A DNA stretch of 64,000 bases. It comes from an uncultured Actinomycetes bacterium. GTDB lineage: Bacteria; Actinomycetota; UBA4738; HRBIN12. The notes under the pieces are model-generated. The model was not told the DNA's origin. It did not search any database and was given only the letters and a program-made list of their open reading frames with translations. Position 1 is the stretch's first letter, and each line of letters opens with the position of its first letter. A program made the translations under genes and the position numbers. Below are positions 51,256 to 61,378 of the stretch, piece by piece. The stretch spans positions 88,419 to 152,418 of the forward strand of contig OY969099.1 in assembly GCA_963697875.1 (NCBI GenBank), written 5' to 3'.

Positions 51256-52623
51256 TCAGGGCGCGGTCGGGTCGGCGATCCCGGCTGCGAGCGCGAACAG
51301 CAGGAGCGCCCGGGAGCCTCCCGACGTCGATGCGCCCGCCGCGACCACCCCGCCGTCCTGCGAGGTCACGAGGACCGACGCCCGCGGCGACGCTCGGAGG
51401 AAGTCCCGCGGCGCACCCGCGGCCGAATGGGCCGGGACCACGATTCCGCGATCCGCCACCACCTCCGCGCCCGGGGTGAGCAGTCGAAGCATCACGTGCA
51501 CGTCCTGGTCCCCGGGGTTCGCGACGACGAGGCCCGGGTCGGAGGGATCGCCCGCGACGGTCGGCGTCACGATCCAACGTGTTGCCGGGGCCGTGACGCC
51601 CGTGGTCGCCGCGTCGTCGTCGAGCTGGCCCGCGACACGGACGGCCGGCACGACCGAGCTCCCGTTCGTGGTGACGATCTCGATGGAGGACGCACCCGAC
51701 GTGACGAGCGCGTAGGGGCGCGCGGACGACGGATCCTGCTGCTGCGCGTTCAGGTCGCCGGCGGCCCGCTCCGGCGCGTTCGAGAGCACCGTCGCGTCGA
51801 AGACGACGTCGCCCTCGCCGCTGTTGAGGACCGAGAGGGCGGACTGCTCCGCACCTCCCTCGACGGGGATCGACCACGTGGGGGCGGCGGCGGGCACGGC
51901 CAGCACGCTTCGCACGCCCCCCGAGTCGGTCACGCTCAACGCCGCGGTCGCGACGCGCCCGATCTTGGTATCGACCTCCGCACCGACCGTCGCCTCGCCC
52001 TCGACCGCGTTCAACGGGAGCGCCACGCTGCGCTGGGGGGGCAGTACGAGATTGGTCAGGCGCTTGCTCCTGAGCGGAGGGCGGCCGGGCGAGAACAACG
52101 CCACATCGAACGTGGCGGGAGATCCGTACGGATTCATCACGACGAGGAACGACTTCTCCCCACGCTCCGTGCTCTGCCCGGTGACGAGCCATGTCGGACC
52201 CCCTTCGGGGGTGCACGGCTCGGCGCCGAGACCGCTCGCCGACGCCTGCGCCCGAAGCATCCACCCGGCCGCCGCCCATCCCCCGAACGTCTCGACGTAG
52301 GTCGAGCTCTCACGGGTACCGGCCGGAACGGCTTGCAGGATCTCGTGGCCCGGCGGCACCGTCACGCTCACGTGCGCAGGTGGACGACCCGCGGCGAGGG
52401 TCGTGAGCCGTGCTTGGACCGGCTGCTCGCCCGGGTTGGCGATCGCGATCGTGGCCGACCACCCGTGGCCCCCACCGTGCGGGCACAGCCAGGTTCCCGA
52501 GACGGCAGAGCCATCCGCGACGGCCGGGTGCTCGGCGACCCCTGCGCGTCCGGCCGCGATCACGCCCGCGACCGAGATCGCGGCGACGGCGATCGCCACC
52601 AAGCCGTTTCCGCCGCGTCTCAT
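51256..52623 (-). CDS. DUF5719 family secreted protein
   Basis: N-terminal TM, WLCPHG, repeated (A/M/L)NP motifs; synteny with glycosyltransferase/whiB. Confidence 0.7.
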   Translation of the reverse strand: MRRGGNGLVAIAVAAISVAGVIAAGRAGVAEHPAVADGSAVSGTWLCPHGGGHGWSATIAIANPGEQPVQARLTTLAAGRPPAHVSVTVPPGHEILQAVPAGTRESSTYVETFGGWAAAGWMLRAQASASGLGAEPCTPEGGPTWLVTGQSTERGEKSFLVVMNPYGSPATFDVALFSPGRPPLRSKRLTNLVLPPQRSVALPLNAVEGEATVGAEVDTKIGRVATAALSVTDSGGVRSVLAVPAAAPTWSIPVEGGAEQSALSVLNSGEGDVVFDATVLSNAPERAAGDLNAQQQDPSSARPYALVTSGASSIEIVTTNGSSVVPAVRVAGQLDDDAATTGVTAPATRWIVTPTVAGDPSDPGLVVANPGDQDVHVMLRLLTPGAEVVADRGIVVPAHSAAGAPRDFLRASPRASVLVTSQDGGVVAAGASTSGGSRALLLFALAAGIADPTAP

Positions 52624-55600
52624 CGACGGACCGGCTTCCTCGTGAACCAGAGGGCGGCCGCCCACAACCCAACGAGCAGCCACGTCTCGATCGTGCGCGG
52701 CAGCTGAGCTCCGTAGCGGATGTCCACCGACCCGTCCACCGGGAAGGACACGGCCCACCCGAACGCGGTTCCGGGAGCCGTCTCCTCGTGGCCCAGGAGC
52801 GTCCAGGCCTGGTCCGCCTCGGTCGAGACAACGGCGAGGTCGCCGTCGTTGGCCGCTCCCGTCCATCCGCCTTCGACCGGCGCGAGCTGGCCGGTCACAT
52901 GCGGATCGAGACGCTGGGTATCGACCGGGGACGCGGAGCCGACCGTGCGTGCCGTCTCCTCGTCGGCCGCGACCACGGCAGCGGGAGGAAGCCTCACGGC
53001 GTCGCGCAGGATGACCAACCCGGTCACCGGTTCCAGGTCGAGGTCCACCTGACGCCTGAACGCCGCGTCCGCGCCGGCGGGCAACTCCCCCTCGCGCGCC
53101 ACGACGTACCGCACGCCGAACTGGGCCAGGAGGGCGCCGCCGTGCACGGTCGCTCCCGAGAGGATCTCGCCGAGCGACACGCCGAGGGCATCGGCACCCG
53201 GACCGGCGAGGGAGCGTCCGGTGTCGACCGCGGCCGCGCCCGACCGGGCCGTCAGCGCGTACCGCAACGAGGCCTCGCCCGCCTCAACCATCCCCAGGGC
53301 GTCCCCGCCGGGAGCGGGGAACGGCCGGCCGTCATCGGCCGCACCGATCCAGAGCACGCGGAACCGTCCGCTCGCGTCACCGTCCACCACCGCCCAGGCG
53401 GCCGGGATGCGATCCGGTCCGCCGATCCCCCACCCGCCCGCGAGGACCGCGACCGACTGCAGCAGCAGACCCAGGCCCAGCACCGCCGCCAGACCGACGA
53501 TGCCGATCTGCCGGAAGCCGAACGCGTGGCTGGCGAGACCGCCCACGGCCGATGCGATCCCGAATGCGACGAGGAACGACATGCCCACCCCCGCGAGCGC
53601 CGCATAGTCCGGGGCGTTGGACAGGGCATGTGGAAGGTAGCCCGCGGCGGAAAGCCACGCGAGCGCGAGGGCCGCGAGCGACCAGGCGGCCGTGCGGCCC
53701 GCTCGGCCGCGATGCTCGGCGCTCGACAGGGCCAGACCGAGCAACGCCGCGATGGGAAGGAACGCGGCGATCTCCCACGACCCCGGGGCGTTCCCGAGCG
53801 AGAGGCGCGCGATCCGAAGCGGATCCGTCACGCCGACGAACGACGTCAAGGCGATGCCGCGCCCCGCGACCAGCGTAGGCACGAACGGGAAGACCAGGAT
53901 CGCGGCACCCAACAGGGCGCCGACCGACAGCTGGATGCCCCGAGACCGGGCGCGTCCAGCGACGATCTGCACGACGGCCACCACGGCCACCGCGAGCACG
54001 ATCCCCGGCTCGAACGAGATCGCGACGGCAAGCGCCACGCCGACCCCGGCGAGGAATCGCCACTGGCCGTCGGCCGGTTCGTCCCGACCGAACGCCGCCT
54101 CGAGGCGTTCGGCGAGCGACGGAAGGACGGCGATCGTCACAAGCAACGAGATCCGGCCCTCGGAGAACGCCCACAGGGTCAGCGCGGACAAGCCGTAGGC
54201 CGCCGCGGCGAGCACGGACGCGCCAGGGCGCCCCGTGAGCCGCACGGCCGCCCGATAGCACAGGACCATGCCGAGCGCCGGCAATCCGATCAGAAGGACC
54301 TTCTGTGCAAGATCGGTGCTCCCGAACAGGAGGGCGGAGAGCGCCCCCATACCCCCCAGCGCGGGACTGGCAGCGAGCGTGCCGCCCAGACCCGTCGTTC
54401 GATACGCAGAGACGAGTTCGCTGAAGAACCCGGCCGGCGTACCGGGGAGCGACGGGAGCACCCCTCCCCAAAGTTGCGGCGGCTGCAGGATGTGCCGGGC
54501 GGCGACCGCGCCCACCACGATGCCCAGGATCGAGGCCACCATGACCGGGTGCGTCGACACCAGCGACGCCGTCCTGTGACGGAGCCGAAGCTGCACCGGC
54601 TCCCCGAGGTCGCCCTCGTCGAGCTCGCGCTGCTCCTCGAGGATCTGCTCCGCCTTCTGGAACCACCGCGGGATCCGGAGCCCCGCGGACTCGGTGAACC
54701 GGTGCAGCTCCCGGTCGCGAACCGCGCGCGCGCGCTGCACCTTCCTTCGCCGTGAGAGCGTTCCGGGGACGTGCGCGATGTTCCAGCCGATCGCCGCGAG
54801 GAGCTCGTACGCCTCCTCGAACCGTCGTGAGAGCAGGAGGAAGAGCGCTCGCACGACCGAGAGGAGGAGGGCGAGGGGCACGATCCACAGGAGCGACGCG
54901 AACGAGTAGTTCTTGAGAACCGTGGCGAACGCCGCTCGGTCTTCGAGATAGCGTCGCGAACGCCCCGTGATGGGCCGTTCCTCTCCCTGGGAGGCCGCTC
55001 GATGCCGCACGCGCGCGCGCGGCGTCATCAGCACCCGCCATCCCGCGACGCGCGCGCGCCAACAGAAGTCGAGGGCGGCGTGGTCGTCCCCGAGCCGGTC
55101 GTCGAACAGACCGACCCGTTGCCACGTGTCCCGCGAGACGAGCATCGCGCACGGGTCGACGGACAGGACCTCGAGGACGCGATCGAACTGCCCCTGGTCG
55201 ATCTCGTCGGGCTGCAGCGACGTGTACGGATGTCCAAAGCGGTCTGCGGATCTGCCGACGTCGCGCAATCGGCGTGGCATCTCCCAATCCACGACCTTCG
55301 CGCCGACGACGCCGACCCGTTCGACGCCCTTCATCCGCGTGGCCTCCACCAAGCGCGCAACCGCCTCCGGATCGGGCGCGGAGTCGTCGTGCATCAACAA
55401 GAGGAAGTCGGCCTCCGCGGACACAGGCAGCCGGAGCGCGGCGTCGAACGAACGGGCCAGACCCACGGACGACGCCTGGCGGACGACGCGGCGCTCACCG
55501 AGGGCCTGCACGAGAAGCTCGTAGGACCCGTCGGCGGAGCCGTCGTCGACCGCCAACACCGCCAGACGCGGATAGGTCTGTGCCGCGAGCGCCGCGAGGC

Positions 55601-55703
55601 ACTCGCGGAGCCACTCGACCGCGTCTCGGACAACGAGGACGACGAGCACGACCGGCGCGCGGTCGGTGGCGGCGATCGGCGAGACGGGGGCGGCAGTGGT
55701 CAT
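52620..55703 (-). CDS. GT2 glycosyltransferase fused to a large membrane domain
   Basis: VDDGSADGS, LLLMHDD, VGAKVVDW, DFCWRAR.AG.RV. Confidence 0.9.
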   Translation of the reverse strand: MTTAAPVSPIAATDRAPVVLVVLVVRDAVEWLRECLAALAAQTYPRLAVLAVDDGSADGSYELLVQALGERRVVRQASSVGLARSFDAALRLPVSAEADFLLLMHDDSAPDPEAVARLVEATRMKGVERVGVVGAKVVDWEMPRRLRDVGRSADRFGHPYTSLQPDEIDQGQFDRVLEVLSVDPCAMLVSRDTWQRVGLFDDRLGDDHAALDFCWRARVAGWRVLMTPRARVRHRAASQGEERPITGRSRRYLEDRAAFATVLKNYSFASLLWIVPLALLLSVVRALFLLLSRRFEEAYELLAAIGWNIAHVPGTLSRRRKVQRARAVRDRELHRFTESAGLRIPRWFQKAEQILEEQRELDEGDLGEPVQLRLRHRTASLVSTHPVMVASILGIVVGAVAARHILQPPQLWGGVLPSLPGTPAGFFSELVSAYRTTGLGGTLAASPALGGMGALSALLFGSTDLAQKVLLIGLPALGMVLCYRAAVRLTGRPGASVLAAAAYGLSALTLWAFSEGRISLLVTIAVLPSLAERLEAAFGRDEPADGQWRFLAGVGVALAVAISFEPGIVLAVAVVAVVQIVAGRARSRGIQLSVGALLGAAILVFPFVPTLVAGRGIALTSFVGVTDPLRIARLSLGNAPGSWEIAAFLPIAALLGLALSSAEHRGRAGRTAAWSLAALALAWLSAAGYLPHALSNAPDYAALAGVGMSFLVAFGIASAVGGLASHAFGFRQIGIVGLAAVLGLGLLLQSVAVLAGGWGIGGPDRIPAAWAVVDGDASGRFRVLWIGAADDGRPFPAPGGDALGMVEAGEASLRYALTARSGAAAVDTGRSLAGPGADALGVSLGEILSGATVHGGALLAQFGVRYVVAREGELPAGADAAFRRQVDLDLEPVTGLVILRDAVRLPPAAVVAADEETARTVGSASPVDTQRLDPHVTGQLAPVEGGWTGAANDGDLAVVSTEADQAWTLLGHEETAPGTAFGWAVSFPVDGSVDIRYGAQLPRTIETWLLVGLWAAALWFTRKPVRR

Positions 55704-55759
55704 TGCGTCGCGCGTGCCGCGCGGCGGCGAGCCTAGCACGGGCCGGCACCGCGAAACGC

Positions 55760-55784
55760 AAAGGGGGCCCGAAGGGCCCCCTTT
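55760..55784. terminator. Intrinsic terminator-like hairpin downstream of the histone-like gene
   Basis: AAAGGGGGCCC-GAA-GGGCCCCCTTT perfect 11-bp inverted repeat. Confidence 0.75.
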
Positions 55785-55803
55785 CCGACGCTGCGTGAGA
55801 AGC

Positions 55804-56151
55804 TCAGCGCTTCTTCGCGGCGCTCTTCCTGCGGGCGGTCTTGCGCGCCGCAGTCTTCTTCCGCGCGGCCGGCTTGCGCCGTGCCGTCGTCTTCTTGGCG
55901 GCGGTCTTCTTGCGTGCCGTCGTCTTCTTCCGCGCGGCCGGCTTGCGCCGTGCCGTCGTCTTCTTCCTGGCGGCGGGCTTCTTGCGCGCCGTCGTCTTCT
56001 TCCGCGCGGCCGGCTTGCGCCGTGCCGTCGTCTTCTTCCTGGCGGCGGGCTTGCGCGCCGTCGTCTTCTTCCGCGCCGTGGTCTTCTTGGCGGCGGACTT
56101 CTTCCGGGCGGCCGGCTTGCGCCGTGCCGTCGTCTTCTTGGCCATTGCCAT
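55804..56151 (-). CDS. Histone H1-like Lys/Ala/Arg/Thr-repeat nucleoid protein
   Basis: Tandem KKTTARRKPAAR / KKTTAR units; GGGAGG RBS; downstream hairpin. Confidence 0.85.
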   Translation of the reverse strand: MAMAKKTTARRKPAARKKSAAKKTTARKKTTARKPAARKKTTARRKPAARKKTTARKKPAARKKTTARRKPAARKKTTARKKTAAKKTTARRKPAARKKTAARKTARRKSAAKKR

Positions 56152-56196
56152 GCTGCCTCCCTTCCTACGTTCTTCCAGGATCTTCGCGGTGACGCT

Positions 56197-56424
56197 CTAG
56201 GACGCCATGCGCTTGAGGCGTCGTCGCTCGCGTTCGCTCATGCCGCCCCACACGCCGTAGCGCTCGTCGCGACGCAGCGCGTAGTTGAGGCACTCGATCC
56301 GAACCGGGCACTCGCTGCAGATCCTCTTCGCCTCCCTCGATGAGCCTCCCTTCTCGGGGAAGAAGATCTCCGGGTCGTGATCACGACACCGCGCGCGTTC
56401 CTGCCAAGGGATGTAATGGTGCAC
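56197..56424 (-). CDS. whiB: WhiB family Fe-S transcription factor (WhiB/WhiB2 type)
   Basis: WQERARC...DPEIFFPEKGGS.REAKRIC..CPVR.ECL.YAL...ERYGVWGG.SERERR. Confidence 0.95.
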   Translation of the reverse strand: MHHYIPWQERARCRDHDPEIFFPEKGGSSREAKRICSECPVRIECLNYALRRDERYGVWGGMSERERRRLKRMAS

Positions 56425-56634
56425 CCTCGTCTCCCTCCGAAATCACATCCGTGTGATTCTGAGGGAAGAACCACCCCGATGACAAGAGGTACACCGAAGA
56501 AGTTCTCTGCCTCATCCCTCATGGCTTTCGTGAATCGTGTCGCGCACGGGAGCCGTATGCAAGCGATTCTGGAGGGAAATGCGATGGTCAAGCAGGTTGA
56601 CGGGAACGGTCAATCTGCTTGACCGTTCGGCCCT

Positions 56635-59112
56635 TCACGACGTGGATCGGATCTCCACCCGCCCATAGGTCGTCGTGCGGACGGCCGGAACGCGCCCGAT
56701 CGCTCGGATCGAATCGTTGAACATCGCCGGCGTCATCTCGATCCCCCATTCGGCTCCGGCCATGCGGCTGATCGTCTCCTCCATCAGCGTGCCGCCGAAG
56801 TCGTTGGCACCGGACCGGAGGATCCGTTGACACGATTCCACACCGAGTTTCACCCACGAGACCTGCACGTTGTGGATAACTCCGTCGAGCAGGACGCGGG
56901 CCACCGCATGCATCCGAAGCGTGTCCTCGAACGTGGGGCCCGGACGCGCGTGCCCGGCCAGATAGATCGGTGCGTTCCGATGGACGAACGGGAGCGGCAC
57001 GAATTCGGTGAAGCCGCCCGTGTCCGACTGGATGGCCGCGAGCCTCCGGAGGTGCGCAACCCAGTGCGGCGGGGCGTCCACATGGCCGTACATGATGGTG
57101 CTCGAGCTGCGGATCCCGAGCCCGTGCGCCGTCCGGACGATCTCCTCCCAGGTGTCCGCGGGGAGCTTGCCCTTGGTCAGCATCCATCGGACGTCGTCGT
57201 CGAGGATCTCGGCCGCCGTGCCCGGGATCGTTCCCAGGCCACGGGCCTTCGCCTCGGTCAGGAACTCGCGGAAAGAGATGCCGAGCTTGGTGGCGCCGTT
57301 GAGCACCTCCATGGGGCTGAACGCGTGCAGGTGCATCTGCGGCACTCGTGCCTTCACTGCATCGATCAGATCGAGATAGAACGAGCCCGGGAGATCGGGA
57401 TGGATGCCGCCTTGCATACAGACCTCGGTGGCCCCGGCGAGCCAGGCCTCCTCGGCCTTGTCGGCGACCTCGGTCAGGGTCAGCGTGTAGGACTCCGGGT
57501 CGACCTCACGTTGTGCGAACGCGCAGAACCGGCACCCCACGTAGCAGACGTTCGTGAAGTTGATGTTGCGGTTGATCACGTACGTGACCTCGGGGCCGAC
57601 CGCCTCGGCGCGGAGGTCGTCGGCCACGCGGCAGAGCGCGTCGAGCGCCGGCCCCTCCGCCTGGAACAGCGCGAGCGCTTGCTCGTCAGAGATCGGATGC
57701 CCGTCGGCGGCACGCGCCAGCGCCGACCGGATGTCCGCGTCCAGCCGGGGCTGGGCCGGCCGGCCGGCCCAGGCCCGCGTGACGTCGTTCTCGAGCCGCT
57801 CGAGCTCGCCGTAGACACCCTCGGCGTCCGCGCGCAGACCGGCGCCTGCCGCCTTGGCGAACGTCAGCGCGATCTGACGCGGCTTCCACGCGACGTCCGG
57901 ATCCTGCCATGAGATCGGTTCGGGCCTGCCGTCGACCGCGAGACCGTCGTCCACCGTCAGGGAGTCGACCGGCGCGCGCATCTTGGCAGCGATCCAGGGG
58001 TCGGGCTCGGCCGCGTAGCGCGGATAGATCGCGAGGCGCTCCCGAAGGGTCTTGCCTCCGGACGCGGTGGAGGCCGCGAGGGCGTCGATGTTCGGCCACG
58101 GTCGCTCGGGGTTCACGTGGTCCGGCGTCACCGGCGAGACACCGCCCCAATCGTTGATCCCCGCGGCCAGCAGACGCTCGCGCTGCCCGGCCTCGGAGAG
58201 GTTCGGCGGCGCCTGGACCGACACGTGCGGCCCGAGCACGACGCGTGCCGTCGCGACGGCGGCGAGGAACTCCTCGTCCCCCGGTTCGGCGGAAGCAGCC
58301 ATCGCGGTGCCCGGCTTCGCGCGGAAGTTCTGCACGATCACCTCCTGCACGTGGTGGTACCGGCGATGGAGATCACGGATCGCGAACAACGACTCTGCGC
58401 GCTCACGCTCGGTCTCGCCGATGCCCACGAGGATCCCGGTCGTGAACGGGATCGCGAGACGTCCCGCATCCTCGATCGTGCGGCGCCGGACGGCCGGGTC
58501 CTTGTCGGGCGACCCGAAGTGCGGGCCACCCCGCTGCGAGAGCCGGGTGCTCGACGTCTCGAGCATGATTCCCATCGAGGCGCTCACGTGCTTCAGCCGT
58601 GCGAGGTCCTCGTACGACATCACGCCGGGGTTCAGGTGCGGGAGCAATCCCGTCCGCTCGATCACGAGGATCGCCATCGCGCGGACGTAGTCCAACGTCG
58701 AGCGGTAGCCGCGCTCGGTGAGCCATGCTCGCGCGACCTCATACCGCTCCTCGGGCCGGTCCCCGAGCGTGAACAACGCCTCCTTGCACCCCCGGGCGCG
58801 ACCCGACTCCGCGATCGCCAGCACCTCGCCGGGGGTGAGATACGGACGATCGAGCTTCGACGGGGTCTTCGCGAACGTGCAGTAGTGGCAGTGGTCTCGG
58901 CAGAGCATGGTGAGCGGTACGAAGACCTTGCGCGAGTACGTGACGGTGTCGCCCCACCCGAGATCCCGCAGCCGCGACGCGACGGCGCTCAGGCGAACGA
59001 GGTCGTCTGCGCGACACGAGAGCAATGCGGCCGCTTCGTCGACCGAGAGCGCCTTGCCCTGCTCGGCGCGCGAGAGTGCCCGGCGGATCGCGGGCGCCGT
59101 CCACCCGGACAT
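56635..59112 (-). CDS. fbiC: Bifunctional FO synthase (CofG/CofH)
   Basis: Two radical-SAM motifs CRDHCHYC and CYVGCRFC; TYSRKVFVPLT, GANDFGGTLMEETISRMAG. Confidence 0.96.
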   Translation of the reverse strand: MSGWTAPAIRRALSRAEQGKALSVDEAAALLSCRADDLVRLSAVASRLRDLGWGDTVTYSRKVFVPLTMLCRDHCHYCTFAKTPSKLDRPYLTPGEVLAIAESGRARGCKEALFTLGDRPEERYEVARAWLTERGYRSTLDYVRAMAILVIERTGLLPHLNPGVMSYEDLARLKHVSASMGIMLETSSTRLSQRGGPHFGSPDKDPAVRRRTIEDAGRLAIPFTTGILVGIGETERERAESLFAIRDLHRRYHHVQEVIVQNFRAKPGTAMAASAEPGDEEFLAAVATARVVLGPHVSVQAPPNLSEAGQRERLLAAGINDWGGVSPVTPDHVNPERPWPNIDALAASTASGGKTLRERLAIYPRYAAEPDPWIAAKMRAPVDSLTVDDGLAVDGRPEPISWQDPDVAWKPRQIALTFAKAAGAGLRADAEGVYGELERLENDVTRAWAGRPAQPRLDADIRSALARAADGHPISDEQALALFQAEGPALDALCRVADDLRAEAVGPEVTYVINRNINFTNVCYVGCRFCAFAQREVDPESYTLTLTEVADKAEEAWLAGATEVCMQGGIHPDLPGSFYLDLIDAVKARVPQMHLHAFSPMEVLNGATKLGISFREFLTEAKARGLGTIPGTAAEILDDDVRWMLTKGKLPADTWEEIVRTAHGLGIRSSSTIMYGHVDAPPHWVAHLRRLAAIQSDTGGFTEFVPLPFVHRNAPIYLAGHARPGPTFEDTLRMHAVARVLLDGVIHNVQVSWVKLGVESCQRILRSGANDFGGTLMEETISRMAGAEWGIEMTPAMFNDSIRAIGRVPAVRTTTYGRVEIRSTS

Positions 59113-59141
59113 GGCGGCGAGCCTACTACGCTGTGTCGATC

Positions 59142-60089
59142 GTGAAGGTGGCCGCGCTCGCCGGCGGGATCGGTGCGGGGAAGTTCCTCCGCGGGCTCGC
59201 ACGCGTCGTGCCGGGGCCCGACCTCACGGCGATCGTCAACGTCGCCGACGACGTGACGATCCATGGACTGCACGTCTCGCCCGACCCCGATTCGGTCACC
59301 TACTGGCTGGGCGACGTCTTCGATCGCGATCGGGGATGGGGACGGCGCGACGAGACGTTCCGCGCGACGGAGGAGCTCCGGTCGTTCGGTGCCGATGACG
59401 CGTGGTTCGGTCTGGGGGACCTCGACCTCGCCACCCATGTGTTCCGCACCCGGCTGCTGGCCGACGGCGCGCCGCTGTCCGAGGTCACCGCACGCGTCTG
59501 CGCCAGGTTCGGCGTGTCGACACGGGTCCTGCCCGTCACCGACGACCCGGTCCAAACACGGATCGACTGCGTGGATCGTGTCACTGGCGAGCGGATGGAT
59601 CTCCACTTCCAGGACTACTGGGTTCGCCGCAAGGCGCAGGACGAGGTGAAGGGCGTTGCCTACGAAGGCGCTCGGGACGCACGGCCGGCGCCGGGGGTGC
59701 TCGAGTCGGTCGCGCAGGCCGACGTCGTCGTCGTGTGCCCGTCCAACCCCGTCGTGTCGATCGGTCCGATCCTGGCGATCCCCGGCGTGCGCGACGCCGT
59801 CACGCGGCGGCGAGCGCGGACGGTTGGTGTGAGCGGCATCGTCGGGAGCGGCCCGGTCAGCGGGATGGCCGATCGTCTGATGCCGGCGGTGGGGATCGAG
59901 GTGTCGGCTGCGGGCGTCGCCACTCATTACGCGTCGTTGCTCTCCGCCTGGCTACTCGATCAAACGGATCGAGGGCTGGTCGAGCGCGTCGGGCGGCTCG
60001 GCCTGCGGTGTGCGGCGACCGACACGATCATGACCGACGACGATCGGGCGGAAGCCGTCGCCCGCGCCGCGCTGGCCCTGGTGCGGTGA
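59142..60089 (+). CDS. cofD: 2-phospho-L-lactate transferase
   Basis: LAGGIGAGKFL, GLHVSPD.DSV.Y, WFGLGDLD.ATH, HFQDYWV, PSNPVVSIGPIL. Confidence 0.95.
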   Translation: MKVAALAGGIGAGKFLRGLARVVPGPDLTAIVNVADDVTIHGLHVSPDPDSVTYWLGDVFDRDRGWGRRDETFRATEELRSFGADDAWFGLGDLDLATHVFRTRLLADGAPLSEVTARVCARFGVSTRVLPVTDDPVQTRIDCVDRVTGERMDLHFQDYWVRRKAQDEVKGVAYEGARDARPAPGVLESVAQADVVVVCPSNPVVSIGPILAIPGVRDAVTRRRARTVGVSGIVGSGPVSGMADRLMPAVGIEVSAAGVATHYASLLSAWLLDQTDRGLVERVGRLGLRCAATDTIMTDDDRAEAVARAALALVR

Positions 60090-61378
60090 CGGTCGAGGTC
60101 CTGCCCCTCGAGGGCCTCCCCGAGGTCCGACCGGGGACCGATCTCGTGTCGCTGCTCGCCGACCCACTCGGGGCGCTCGGCGTGCGTGACGGCGACGTCG
60201 TGGTCGTCACGCAGAAGGTGGTGTCCAAGGCCGAGAGACGGATCGTGTCCGGCGACGACCGGGCGACGTGGGTCGAGCGCGAGACGGCACGGGTCGTCGC
60301 GCGACGGGGCGACCTGGTGATCGCGCAGACGCGGCACGGGTTCGTGTGCGCCAACGCCGGCGTCGACGCATCCAACGTCGAGCCGGGCACGCTCGCCCTG
60401 CTGCCCGAGGACCCCGATGCGTCGGCCGAGGCCCTCCGATCCGGGCTCGCGGCCACCCTCGGCGCCTCGATCGCGGTGGTGATCACCGACACCTTCGGCC
60501 GGCCGTGGCGTGAGGGGGTCGTCAACGTCGCCCTGGGGGTGGCCGGGCTCCCGGCGCTCGTCGACCTTCGCGGCACGCGCGACCACGCTGGGCGCGAGCT
60601 GGAGGCCACCGTCGTGGCCCTGGCCGATGAGGTCGCGGCGGCGAGCGGCCTGGTCACCGCGAAGGCGGCGAGGATCCCCGTCACCGTCGTTCGCGGCGTC
60701 GCCGCCGGAGATGCTCCGGCCGGACGCGGCCTCGACCTGGTGCGGCAGCCCGCCGACGACCTGTTCCGCGAGTCGCCGATGCAGGCGTTGCACGCCCGGC
60801 GGACGATCCGCTCCTTCGGACCTGGTCCCGTGGAACGCGCGCCGATCGAAGAGGCGGTTCGGGCCGCCTGCACCGCCCCGGCACCCCACCACACGCGCCC
60901 GTGGCGGTTCACCGTGCTCACGAGCGAGGTGGCCAAGCGCACCCTGCTCGCGGCGATGGCCGACGCGTGGCGGACGGATCTGCGGGGCGACGGGATCGCC
61001 GAGGACGTCATCGCGAGGCGGATCGCGAAGAGCGACGCCCTGCTGGGGCTCGCGCCCGTGTTGATCGTCCCCTGGATCTCGTTCGACGGTTCGCATCGCT
61101 ACGACGACCGGGAGCGGGCACATGCCGAGCAGGAGATGTTCCTGCTCGCCGGCGGGGCCGCGATCCAGAACCTGCTGCTCGCGCTTCATGCACAGGGGCT
61201 CGCGTCGTGCTGGGTCAGCTCGGCGCTGTTCTGCCAAGAGGAGACCAGGGCGGTCCTCGGCATGGACGAGCGGTGGTTCGCGCTCGGCACGGTGGCATGC
61301 GGTCCGATGCGGGAGGGCGGGACCGTCCTGCCCCGCCCTCCTCTCGATCTCGACGAGGTGATGCGCTTCGTGGACTAG
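60086..61378 (+). CDS. fbiB: Coenzyme F420-0:L-glutamate ligase with nitroreductase domain (FbiB)
   Basis: VTQKVVSKAE, ANAGVDASN, TDTFGRPWREG; C-term RRTIRSF, APAPHHTRPWRF. Confidence 0.95.
   Translation: MTVEVLPLEGLPEVRPGTDLVSLLADPLGALGVRDGDVVVVTQKVVSKAERRIVSGDDRATWVERETARVVARRGDLVIAQTRHGFVCANAGVDASNVEPGTLALLPEDPDASAEALRSGLAATLGASIAVVITDTFGRPWREGVVNVALGVAGLPALVDLRGTRDHAGRELEATVVALADEVAAASGLVTAKAARIPVTVVRGVAAGDAPAGRGLDLVRQPADDLFRESPMQALHARRTIRSFGPGPVERAPIEEAVRAACTAPAPHHTRPWRFTVLTSEVAKRTLLAAMADAWRTDLRGDGIAEDVIARRIAKSDALLGLAPVLIVPWISFDGSHRYDDRERAHAEQEMFLLAGGAAIQNLLLALHAQGLASCWVSSALFCQEETRAVLGMDERWFALGTVACGPMREGGTVLPRPPLDLDEVMRFVD

Noticed and set aside
55804-56151. CRISPR-like or non-coding tandem repeat
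   Set aside because: No unique spacers; repeats are in-frame units of a Lys-rich protein
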